Virus record (IMG/VR): IMGVR_UViG_3300002920_000014
Span: 1 to 64,000 of that record
DNA from: a virus
Length of the DNA stretch: 64,000 nucleotides
Strand: one strand, 5' to 3'
Under the pieces are notes generated by a model. The model made no database searches, was not told the DNA's origin, and saw only the letters and a program-made list of their open reading frames with translations. Below, in pieces: positions 19,910 through 28,848 of this stretch. A program made the translations under genes and the position numbers. Numbering within the stretch: the first letter of the stretch is position 1; each line of letters begins with the position of its first letter.

Positions 19910-21351
19910 CGATGCAAACCATAGAAAACTTAACACTATCGTTAATTGACAAATTAGATAAGCTCGAAGATATCAACAAGACGATAATCATCAATTCAAA
20001 TAAAAGACCTATTCAATCAGACTTTGAATCAGCATGGGTCAGTGATGGTAATATTTTACCTATACCAGCGGGCATTACTTTCATATGGAAAAACAACAAT
20101 CAAATTCAACAAACTTTCCACACTTATCAAGACGTTATTGTACCCTTTGAAGTGTGGAGTTATATGTTCAGTAGTAGTACTACCTTAATTGGTTTCTACG
20201 ATGCTAATCATATTATATTTAATCAAGGTGCAAACATATTTAAGATAAACGCTTATGACAGAACATCTAAGAACATATACAAATGGAACTCGACTTGGTT
20301 TAATGGGTACACTGTAGTGGGATACTCAAAACTAAAACAAGCATTCATAGCTTATGATGGCAGTGATAACATATTCCTAATAAGCGAAATCGACGGGATA
20401 GCTCAACAAATTATCGGCATTACGAGATTAAACTCTTTGTTAAAATTGTATCAAGAATCAGAAATAATTCAACACGGTAACACTAATTACTTTGATTTGG
20501 CTACAATGAGTACTACTACACTATCGAATTTAAAAACTAAACAAGCAATTGTGTCTCAGCTTTTTAATACAGACTTAATTATTAGATCACTATCTAGATA
20601 CAAAAGCAGTAAACCCCTCAATGGGTTTATATATGAAAATACATACTTCCCATACACAACTAGAGTTTATGGCCCTAATGGAGTTGTGTGTATTGATCAT
20701 GAAACAAAATGTTTACTATTCCCAAACGGATGCTCTGGTTACGTTTACCCATTGCACATCGACAACCCACCGATAACTGACCTTTATGTCGTCGGTCCTT
20801 CGATGATTAGCCAATCCACTTTCGCAAACCTATCTACAAACTCAGTTACAATAACTGATTTGCCACCTAGCACGCATCAAGTAGCTGAGTACCACATAAA
20901 CTTAGTGACGACCGTTGCTGCCACCTTAACTTTCAATTTACCATCCTCCATTACACAACTTAGCGCTTCCTGGCAAAGACAAACTAACGGTAACCCTTCT
21001 ACACGAGTCGTTGGTTTTTCCAATTCAGGCGCTCTCAGTATACCACTTAACACAACCCCAGGAACACGCTTCAACATACTAGTAAAGATACACAGCACAA
21101 CGATAGAAATCATCTTAGTTCATCTTAACGGAGGTATAAGAACTTCTGAACACCTTAACATAAATATCAGAGGGAATATAGATGGTCAACAAGTTATACT
21201 ATCAGTAGCCAATAACTTTGAAGGTATTCCTTGGGCAAAAAACGTGAACTTATTCACTATAACTTCTACTCAAACTTTAACTAATACTTCTTGCTTCATC
21301 ACTGGCTTCTACCACAGAACAGAAACCGGTTCTGTAAACTACATGGATTAA
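19906..21351 (+). CDS. fibre / receptor-binding family paralog 4
   Basis: N-module IIINSNKRPIQSDFESAW...ILPIPAGITFIWK. 481 aa. Confidence 0.5.
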   Translation: MTMQTIENLTLSLIDKLDKLEDINKTIIINSNKRPIQSDFESAWVSDGNILPIPAGITFIWKNNNQIQQTFHTYQDVIVPFEVWSYMFSSSTTLIGFYDANHIIFNQGANIFKINAYDRTSKNIYKWNSTWFNGYTVVGYSKLKQAFIAYDGSDNIFLISEIDGIAQQIIGITRLNSLLKLYQESEIIQHGNTNYFDLATMSTTTLSNLKTKQAIVSQLFNTDLIIRSLSRYKSSKPLNGFIYENTYFPYTTRVYGPNGVVCIDHETKCLLFPNGCSGYVYPLHIDNPPITDLYVVGPSMISQSTFANLSTNSVTITDLPPSTHQVAEYHINLVTTVAATLTFNLPSSITQLSASWQRQTNGNPSTRVVGFSNSGALSIPLNTTPGTRFNILVKIHSTTIEIILVHLNGGIRTSEHLNINIRGNIDGQQVILSVANNFEGIPWAKNVNLFTITSTQTLTNTSCFITGFYHRTETGSVNYMD

Positions 21352-21356
21352 ACATC

Positions 21357-22037
21357 ATGAGCTCATTTACAGAGATTGAAAAAAGATTAACTTTGCTGGA
21401 AGCTCAGCTTCCTAAATACGTCTTCTCTTTAGAACAACCAAACAACCCAGAAGACTATAAATCAGCTGTATGGTTCGACACCCAAGAAAACAAAATTCGT
21501 GGTTTGTATATAAACGGTGACTCTTACAACAAACCCCTTATAAGAAACCACCTCATTTACGCCAATACGGAACTTATAAACAATTTAACAGCTTCTTGGA
21601 CAATACCGTCTAATTTTAACATCATCAAAATAATGATGTCCTTACGATCATTAGCGGGTGGGGACATCGCTAACATACAACTCACTTCAAACAACGTTGG
21701 GTGGTCGGCTGGTTACACAACAGAGTATCTTACAATGGGTACACCTACACCTCAGGTTTTCGGTGGATTAAATTTCACAGTACCGGCTGCATCCAGAGCA
21801 ACTGGCATAACTATGCTTGAGATCATGCTCTACAACCTCCAGAACTGCGCTTCAAACAACGGTATGTTCACTATCGACAGCGTCTCCAATTATTTACCCA
21901 ACAAAAACCCAATAAATGGCGCCATAGAAAGACAAAAAGGCGCGGGAAGCTTTACAACGACTTCTGGCGTCGTAACTGATCTACGCCTTTCTTCAAACAA
22001 TGTGATAGGACGAGCCCTGATCTATCACATTGCCTAA
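21357..22037 (+). CDS. fibre / receptor-binding family paralog 5
   Basis: The ATG at 21357 comes after the upstream stop at 21351. N-module YVFSLEQPNNPEDYKSAVW, preceded by a short coiled segment as in paralogs 3 and 4. Confidence 0.45.
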   Translation: MSSFTEIEKRLTLLEAQLPKYVFSLEQPNNPEDYKSAVWFDTQENKIRGLYINGDSYNKPLIRNHLIYANTELINNLTASWTIPSNFNIIKIMMSLRSLAGGDIANIQLTSNNVGWSAGYTTEYLTMGTPTPQVFGGLNFTVPAASRATGITMLEIMLYNLQNCASNNGMFTIDSVSNYLPNKNPINGAIERQKGAGSFTTTSGVVTDLRLSSNNVIGRALIYHIA

Positions 22038-22666
22038 TTCAGTGAAACTACGGGTGTGACACCTCCTTCCACCCGTATTTCTTCTATGTCCTCCCAGACA
22101 AGTGGGTTGTTCAAACAAATGAACAACCCTTTTTTAACTTTAAATGTACCCTCTTCACCGTCAGAAACTTTATATTGAGATCTAATATGCCCAACAAGCT
22201 CTTTACTAGGAGGTGGTAAAGGGTATCCATATTCCCTATAAAAAACCCAATCGGGAGTATACTTGCACACAACTTTTCTTTTGCTCCAATACGCCTCTGT
22301 TATAATACAAGTCTCTGAACCCACCGTAAAAGAAGCGCCAACAAAAGTCTGAGGAAGACTGGGGTCTAAAGGATCATAATGAGAAAACAAAGAATGTGTA
22401 TACACATTACCTGGTTTGTCTTTTTCAAAGCATAAACTATTAATCTCTAGTTCATCTGTGAACAAAGAAGCGTAAGCTATAATAGCAATTTCAAACCCCT
22501 TAATTTTAACATTAGTAACCAACATTTTAAGTTTGTCTTTAAGCATAACGTACAACATAATGAAGTTAACCATATTTTGCAGTCGTTTGTTCTCTTCTCG
22601 TAGACGACGATTAGATACTTCAAGGAGAGCTATATACGCCAACTGCGCGCGCGTCAACGACTCCAT
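22034..22666 (-). CDS. hypothetical protein
   Basis: 210-aa ORF, convergent with the fibre genes and overlapping them by 4 nt. N-terminal coiled or leucine-rich segment. Confidence 0.5.
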   Translation of the reverse strand: MESLTRAQLAYIALLEVSNRRLREENKRLQNMVNFIMLYVMLKDKLKMLVTNVKIKGFEIAIIAYASLFTDELEINSLCFEKDKPGNVYTHSLFSHYDPLDPSLPQTFVGASFTVGSETCIITEAYWSKRKVVCKYTPDWVFYREYGYPLPPPSKELVGHIRSQYKVSDGEEGTFKVKKGLFICLNNPLVWEDIEEIRVEGGVTPVVSLN

Positions 22667-22961
22667 AATACTAATCCCATTACTCTATTCGCCAAATAAG
22701 TTAATAATTTATTACTCATTGTTTGTTCCGTAACACTAGTCGCCAAAATAAACAATCTCCCAAGACAGTAAAACGCCATCTCTAACTACCATAGGGGGTT
22801 TTGACAAACTAAACAAATACAAAGGAAACCCCATGACCATTATGTCCGAGATCCTCTCATAGACAACTGAAAAGTCAAACGGTATAATATTATAACCAGC
22901 TACTATGCTTTTACGTAAGACCTCTAACTATCAATTGTCATGTCGTCATACACCCCCTCTG

Positions 22962-23879
22962 TTAAGTAATAAGCTGTAAGTCCCCTTTTGAAATTATTGC
23001 AAAAGAATTCGTCCACTTAGGCAGGCCTGTTTGTGCGTGCATATAATACTGTGTCTTTTTAGGGTCTCTCATAGTGCCAATAGAAATCAATTTGTGCGAT
23101 CCATCAGCTGAGTAATTAAAACTAGTGATATGCGTATGTGCGCACACAAAATGGCACTTTTGTAGAGTACTGGTAGGAGACAAGGGGTCAAAGTAAGGAC
23201 CTTGTTCTGCATTGTAAAACTGATGAAGCATCGTAATCGGCGTCTTGGAATAACTATCTGGATGAACAATCTTTACCAAACCCTTATTCGTTGTTTTTAC
23301 ATAACAGAAATCATGAGGAACATAAGTAAGGTCTGGAACAAGATGACCCACATTAAGCCCACCCCCAAGTGCCAAATTGAACCTGTCATCGTGGTTACTG
23401 CCGATAAGATACTGATTTTCAAATTGTGAACCAAACCAAGCTACAACTTCCCGTACATACTCAAGCGTCTCAGCTAAAGGCATAGCTTTAGTTACATTAG
23501 ATGTTTCATGGCGCGTCAACTTAGCGTAATCAAAAGCGAACAAATCACCCGCCCATACAACAGTTTTAATATTTTTTTCTTTAGCGATGGTGTATGCTTT
23601 TTGAAGCCAATTCATATCTGTGTCGGGGAATTCGGTGTCAGAAATAATCAAACAGTTATCAGTTTCTAGCACAAGAAAGTTATTGTGGGTGTTAGGATTT
23701 CTGTCCATGACGGCAACGCCAAAACGCTGACGTAATTCCCTTAAACGCCTCTTCAAATTCTCTTCTGTAAGATTGTTACTCATGCGAAACATGGCAAGTT
23801 CTTCTTGAGTCATACTGAGTAAACGCTTCGCTTCTTCTTCTGTAACATTAGACCATGAGTAAGCCATAATCACCCCCAT
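22962..23879 (-). CDS. calcineurin-like metallophosphoesterase
   Basis: Motifs WAGDLF (GD), GSNHDDR (GNHD/E) and CAHTH (GHTH) occur in canonical order. The start may be 23867 instead (GGGGGTGA upstream). Confidence 0.7.
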   Translation of the reverse strand: MGVIMAYSWSNVTEEEAKRLLSMTQEELAMFRMSNNLTEENLKRRLRELRQRFGVAVMDRNPNTHNNFLVLETDNCLIISDTEFPDTDMNWLQKAYTIAKEKNIKTVVWAGDLFAFDYAKLTRHETSNVTKAMPLAETLEYVREVVAWFGSQFENQYLIGSNHDDRFNLALGGGLNVGHLVPDLTYVPHDFCYVKTTNKGLVKIVHPDSYSKTPITMLHQFYNAEQGPYFDPLSPTSTLQKCHFVCAHTHITSFNYSADGSHKLISIGTMRDPKKTQYYMHAQTGLPKWTNSFAIISKGDLQLIT

Positions 23880-23880
23880 A

Positions 23881-23915
23881 AATGAAAGACTTTACATAGT
23901 GTAAAGTCTTTCATT
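23881..23915 (-). terminator. perfect 16-bp hairpin (AATGAAAGACTTTACA / TGTAAAGTCTTTCATT, 3-nt loop)
   Basis: Lies between the 23985 gene end and the 23879 gene start. On the - strand the stem ends in a T-rich run (TCTTTCATTTAT). Confidence 0.45.
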
Positions 23916-23984
23916 AAACATGTCAAGGGTTTTTAAAAGTTAATGCTTATATAATTTAAATAGTTCGATTCAAATCAGACAGTT

Positions 23985-24224
23985 TTATTTAGTTAGCCCC
24001 TTGATAACGACACCTGCAACAAAATAGGTAATGAATAAACCAATAGCAATGTTAACGGAACTAACAAACGTTGGCTCTAATAGTAACTCCTTAAGAACAA
24101 GATAAACACCAAGAGCCTGTAAACCCACAATGAACATAAAACCAAACAAAACTTTTAACAACGGACCTAAAAACCCCAAATCACCCATTTGTCGTCTCCT
24201 TAAATATGACAACCAATTCCACAA
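23985..24224 (-). CDS. small two-TM membrane protein (holin-like topology, unproven)
   Basis: 79 aa with two hydrophobic helices (LGFLGPLLKVLFGFMFIVGLQALGVYLVL and VNIAIGLFITYFVAGVVI). Confidence 0.45.
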   Translation of the reverse strand: MWNWLSYLRRRQMGDLGFLGPLLKVLFGFMFIVGLQALGVYLVLKELLLEPTFVSSVNIAIGLFITYFVAGVVIKGLTK

Positions 24225-24227
24225 TAG

Positions 24228-24485
24228 TCATTGTTTATTCCCCGTATAAGCATAAAAGTTAGGTGCAATTTTAATGTAATCTGCACCAAGAGGCCTACTG
24301 ACAAAAACCTGCTTAGCAACTGGTGACTTCAAATTACGTTCTTTAAGCCAATCATGAAAATCATCATCCAACTCTTGCACCATATTGAATTTCATAGCAT
24401 TCATCGCCATGTAAATAGCAACTTGCGGGTTGTTGGTCGTCATAAAAGCTTCATACAAAATTTCGTATACTTCGTCCCTAGTCAT
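24228..24485 (-). CDS. hypothetical protein
   Basis: 85-aa ORF, tightly packed in the - strand operon. Confidence 0.45.
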   Translation of the reverse strand: MTRDEVYEILYEAFMTTNNPQVAIYMAMNAMKFNMVQELDDDFHDWLKERNLKSPVAKQVFVSRPLGADYIKIAPNFYAYTGNKQ

Positions 24486-24506
24486 TATATCATCTCCAAA
24501 TAAATA

Positions 24507-24746
24507 TCAATCCTGATCTTTCATCATTTTATATAAATACGCATCAATACTAGAAGAAGTTACCCAAGAACCACCAAAGATCAACTTCAAATTAACACTC
24601 CCATCTTTATGAACCGTCTCAAACCAAACACCGTTCATAATAGGCCCGTGTGCATGATCTCGAAAAGAACCAAAAACAAGATACACTCTAATGTCTTCCG
24701 TTGAAAGTTGGTCAGGCACTTTGTAAAGAACCTCATGTACGATCAT
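24507..24746 (-). CDS. hypothetical protein
   Basis: Internal ATG at 24746 is preceded by GAGGAAAACG. The longer 24782 start would overlap the upstream gene more deeply. Confidence 0.45.
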   Translation of the reverse strand: MIVHEVLYKVPDQLSTEDIRVYLVFGSFRDHAHGPIMNGVWFETVHKDGSVNLKLIFGGSWVTSSSIDAYLYKMMKDQD

Positions 24747-25347
24747 CGTTTTCCTCGCCAAATAAATTTTCAAAACCATCAATTTTTTCCTTGGCGTTAA
24801 TAATCAAAGACTTTCTATGCCTATCATGGTATATCTGAACATCCGTAAGTTGTTGCCCGCTTCTCCTGTCATCCAAACACCAAACATACACTTGAGCACC
24901 AGCAAGAGCTTTTGATGGGACAACAACAACGTCGGCGTGAGGGGATACGTACTGACGATCATCCAACACCACAGGCACTATGCCTTTATTAAAACGACCA
25001 TACCCAAAAGACTTAGAACTCTGAAGAGCCTCCTGCAGCGTCGTTAACGCATTGTCCGTATCCGAAACAGGAATAGAATTTTTACCCCTTGAGTAACGAT
25101 ATATAACAGCATAAATCCCCATCTTGTAACCAGAATTTAAGGTGTCGTAACCTTTACCCTTATACACACCCCACTGTGACAAAAGTTTAGGGCGATTGTT
25201 GTTATAAAATTTTTCAACATCCACAGAAGACAAAACAAGAGTCTTTTGTGTTTCAGAATCAAATACAAAACTTTTATTGTTTTTAAGAGATGGAACTTCT
25301 CCGATAAAAGAAAACAGGAGAGGGTGATTTGCTGTAGGTTTAATCAT
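24733..25347 (-). CDS. RusA-like Holliday junction resolvase candidate
   Basis: PSLKN near the N-terminus and D-T-D-N-x-x-x-x-L-x-E-A-L resemble the RusA P-x-S-x-N and D-x-D-N-x-x-K-x-x-x-D-x-L motifs. The protein is longer than canonical RusA. Confidence 0.4.
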   Translation of the reverse strand: MIKPTANHPLLFSFIGEVPSLKNNKSFVFDSETQKTLVLSSVDVEKFYNNNRPKLLSQWGVYKGKGYDTLNSGYKMGIYAVIYRYSRGKNSIPVSDTDNALTTLQEALQSSKSFGYGRFNKGIVPVVLDDRQYVSPHADVVVVPSKALAGAQVYVWCLDDRRSGQQLTDVQIYHDRHRKSLIINAKEKIDGFENLFGEENDDRT

Positions 25348-25362
25348 TATAAACCTTAATAG

Positions 25363-25656
25363 CTAATTTGGTCTTTTAGTTTTATTCTTAATAGAGGGGT
25401 AATCATGAGGGTTGACACCGGTAACAAGTTGTGGAACCTCATAATACTCTGCAAGTTGCTTTGGAGAACTGTTAGGGTTTGATCGTATATAATAAACTCT
25501 ACCATAGCGAACAACCTCTGATTCAGGGTAAAACAAGTCAACGTAGGCATCAATAGTATCTACCAAAGACTGAAAACTTGTGTGACGCTTATTGTATTTA
25601 AAGTAAGTGTCAGGATTTTCAGCCCCGAAAAGTGTCAAATAATATACGTAGTTCAA
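25363..25656 (-). CDS. hypothetical protein
   Basis: 97-aa ORF directly downstream of the polymerase gene. Confidence 0.45.
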   Translation of the reverse strand: MNYVYYLTLFGAENPDTYFKYNKRHTSFQSLVDTIDAYVDLFYPESEVVRYGRVYYIRSNPNSSPKQLAEYYEVPQLVTGVNPHDYPSIKNKTKRPN

Positions 25657-25748
25657 TCTCCTACCCCCACATCTTCACACGACAAATAATCAATATGTCC
25701 ACTATTCCACAAATAACTGGTATTACACACTGATGTTTAACCACCATT

Positions 25749-28553
25749 TCAGTCATGACTTAAAAGCTCCTCGGCATACTGAATTGATTTTACCAAACGG
25801 GGATAGATTGTCAATAGTTTCTGATGAAGTTCAGATAACACCCATTCGTACTTAGGTCTATTGACGTTTTTAATAGCAATCATATATTCGTCAAACGTAG
25901 GAGTCAAGTACTCCTGAGTTGTACCGTTGACCGACGTGAACGGCACAACCATTTCATGGTACTGATTAACTACATCACCAAGTATATACGCATACTTAGC
26001 ATGTATAGGTAGATCAACTTCTTGTGAAACCACTTCTTCAGGTTTATCACGATCGGCTTTACACCAAGTTATCCACTCATCCAAACTGTGAAACACACGC
26101 TCATCCCACTTCCACACAGGAGCTTCTTCTTCGCCTTCTGCGTATGGGAAAAACCCATACTTATTAGCGTAACGACTAGTATCTTGAGGGTAAGGTCTGT
26201 TATGACGATAACCCCACTTCTTAGCATTACTACGAGGGCAATACTCAGCTGAGAAACTAATATAAGGGATTGTCCGCTTCGTCAGTGAATCAGGAGCAAC
26301 CGACCCCATAATGCCACAAATAATCGGCACTACAAGATCAACCTCATCGTCATAAACAGCAACGATGATACTATCGTGAATGTTAAGCGCGATATAACTT
26401 TTGAAGCCTCGCTCAATAAAAGCTTGGCTGATCTTCAGCATAGCGTTATGGATGAGGATAGACACACCACCTTGCTGCAAGTAATTCCATTGGGGGTGTG
26501 TCACAATTTCTGGCTTAGAAATCATTTTGCCATTAACAATCTGAGGCGTCTTATACTGCTGTCTGTCTAGAACATGATACACGGGAACACTGACACGAGA
26601 CTCATCCCACAAAGGAACATAAGCTACATAACCAGCTTCATACCTCTTGCTACAATTAGTAGCGTACCTCTTCTTAGCTTCTTCAATCGAAGGAAAAGCT
26701 TTCTTACGCGCGTCAATAATGTCCTGAGCTTCTTGTAAAGAACAGCCAATCTCGGCTGCAATCTTGGCTGCACCTGCGCCATAAGGTATGGCAAAAGTGG
26801 GCGCTTTGCCGAGTTTACGTATCGCTTTAAGACCTTTCTTGTCCCCAGCTTCCCTCAAAGCTTTGACTCGATCAGGCCAGTAAACTTCAGCCATTGCCAT
26901 ATGAAAATCTGAACCCATAACAGCTTTAGCAAAAGCATCATCTTTGCCGATAGCTGCACCCATGAAACTTTCAGCATTACTGTAGTCGAACTCCACCAGA
27001 GTTGCCCCCTCTGGAGCGACAAATACACCAGCAAAATCACCCAAAGGAATGTTCTGCAAATTGGGCAAAGAGGACGAATCACGTCCTGTGCGAGTGAAGG
27101 GTCCAATTAAAGAGTGAATACGACCATTGTACACATGCTGACGTATCTCTTTATAGCGCAAATATAGAGCTTTAGCATCTAAGTACTTGCGGTATTCGGC
27201 AATAATACTATACCCTTCAGGATCACACTCACACACCCTTGGGTAAGGATTTTCAACCCCCAGATAATAATCCACCGCGTCTTTGCTAAACGAACGATGA
27301 CCTTTCTCCGTGAGAAGATAAGCATGAGAGGACAACTCTTCTTCGTTAGGCATAGGGATTTTTGCAACCCTTTCAATGAGCAGACGTTGAAATTTATCTG
27401 CATTAAGAAGGTCGTTCAAATCTCCCCCCTTAAAGGATGTAATAGTCGCCATAAATGCCGATCCTAAATCAAGATCGCAACGTATGGTGTCGAAAGCTGA
27501 CAAATTTGTATAACTCTTCAGGATCGGCATAATAACTGAAGTTAGATCATCTCGCTTGTATGTATGCCCAGGAAGAAACTCAACCCCTAAACTTCCATAC
27601 TCAGGCAACCACCAAGCCGGTACTTTAATATTCTTATTCGACCCAGCCGACGAAACCATGTTACTTACTTGAGTTAACCAAGTGTAACGCAAAAACTTGA
27701 GAATATCCTCGTAGTCTGCCAACAAACACAACACAGCAGTACGTTTGAACACCTCCAACGCAGAAGCACTCTGTTTAGTATGCGAATCAGCGAGCTTAAA
27801 ATCCAAATACTCTACGTCAACATGAACCCCTCGTATAGACTGATTGACACACTCCGTAAGTAAACGTCTCCAAAAAGAGAATAGAGTCGGAATGCTAGAC
27901 CATTTAGGTACTACGACAGGCTCAGGTTTGGTCAAAAGTTTGCCCCCCTTAACTGGCGTCAAATGATAAGGCACTTCGGTATCCTTAAACTGGACGCTGT
28001 TAACAAACTCAACTTGAGCCTCGTACAAAGCATACGTAACATACACGTCTTTCTGTACGTACCACAGCCAATTTTCCTGATCAGCGTCACCATCACCAGA
28101 ACGAACTTTCTTCATCCCTCTGTAGCGGTTCAAGTCAGATTGATCGAGAATAAACTCAGCGTAATAATCCAGAGAGCGTTTGTCGTCCGGGTCACCCCAC
28201 AAAAGGCGGATGGACAGAGCGTATGTATCGTGGACTATCGTGGTATGGTGAAGCTGGAAGCCAAAGTGAACACCAATATGGCGCATGTCGAAAATGACGT
28301 TATGCCCAACAATAAGTAAGTTTTCTCTAATGAGAAGATCACGAACAAAACTTATTTGCTCCTCGCTGTAATCAACAGACAACGTGAGATACTCGTCCAG
28401 AAAAGGGCTATAAAAGCATATGAGCGTAATCGGAGAAGCAACCATCAAACCATAGTTTTTATAGTCAATGTGTCCAACTGTCGTCTCTATGTCCAAGACA
28501 ACAGTCTGCACAGAAGAAGTAATCCATTTAACTCGTAATTGTTCGTAATCCAT
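25749..28553 (-). CDS. family A DNA polymerase with 3'-5' exonuclease domain
   Basis: Exo I is LDIETT, Exo II is HNVIFDMRH and Exo III is YVQKD. Pol motif A is DYSNAESF, motif B is RKLGKAPTFAIPYG and motif C is NIHDS. Confidence 0.9.
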   Translation of the reverse strand: MDYEQLRVKWITSSVQTVVLDIETTVGHIDYKNYGLMVASPITLICFYSPFLDEYLTLSVDYSEEQISFVRDLLIRENLLIVGHNVIFDMRHIGVHFGFQLHHTTIVHDTYALSIRLLWGDPDDKRSLDYYAEFILDQSDLNRYRGMKKVRSGDGDADQENWLWYVQKDVYVTYALYEAQVEFVNSVQFKDTEVPYHLTPVKGGKLLTKPEPVVVPKWSSIPTLFSFWRRLLTECVNQSIRGVHVDVEYLDFKLADSHTKQSASALEVFKRTAVLCLLADYEDILKFLRYTWLTQVSNMVSSAGSNKNIKVPAWWLPEYGSLGVEFLPGHTYKRDDLTSVIMPILKSYTNLSAFDTIRCDLDLGSAFMATITSFKGGDLNDLLNADKFQRLLIERVAKIPMPNEEELSSHAYLLTEKGHRSFSKDAVDYYLGVENPYPRVCECDPEGYSIIAEYRKYLDAKALYLRYKEIRQHVYNGRIHSLIGPFTRTGRDSSSLPNLQNIPLGDFAGVFVAPEGATLVEFDYSNAESFMGAAIGKDDAFAKAVMGSDFHMAMAEVYWPDRVKALREAGDKKGLKAIRKLGKAPTFAIPYGAGAAKIAAEIGCSLQEAQDIIDARKKAFPSIEEAKKRYATNCSKRYEAGYVAYVPLWDESRVSVPVYHVLDRQQYKTPQIVNGKMISKPEIVTHPQWNYLQQGGVSILIHNAMLKISQAFIERGFKSYIALNIHDSIIVAVYDDEVDLVVPIICGIMGSVAPDSLTKRTIPYISFSAEYCPRSNAKKWGYRHNRPYPQDTSRYANKYGFFPYAEGEEEAPVWKWDERVFHSLDEWITWCKADRDKPEEVVSQEVDLPIHAKYAYILGDVVNQYHEMVVPFTSVNGTTQEYLTPTFDEYMIAIKNVNRPKYEWVLSELHQKLLTIYPRLVKSIQYAEELLSHD

Positions 28554-28794
28554 GTGTCATCTCCTAAAACCTCGATTTACTTGTTTATCGTAACAAGAAG
28601 TAGTCGTTTGTCAATAGACAGTCAAAACGTCGATAAAGCCTCAAAAATAAAGATAAAGTACCCACGTACCACTCAACAGAATTAAACGATTCTAGAGGCC
28701 TTCTAGGCCGTTTAAAAGGCATTCCTAAAATAGTCCACGGGAAACACAATCTTTATTCAGGGGAAAAGGTGGGGTGGATTATTAAAATAAAATT

Positions 28795-28846
28795 AGTTGC
28801 ACCTACATCACCTATAATAATTATTATAGGTGATGTAGGTGCAACT
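28795..28846. repeat. perfect 52-bp palindrome (AGTTGCACCTACATCACCTATAATAA / TTATTATAGGTGATGTAGGTGCAACT)
   Basis: Verified base by base. It begins 2 nt past the helicase stop. Its arm is near-identical to the palindrome at 53442-53484. Confidence 0.9.
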
Positions 28847-28848
28847 AA

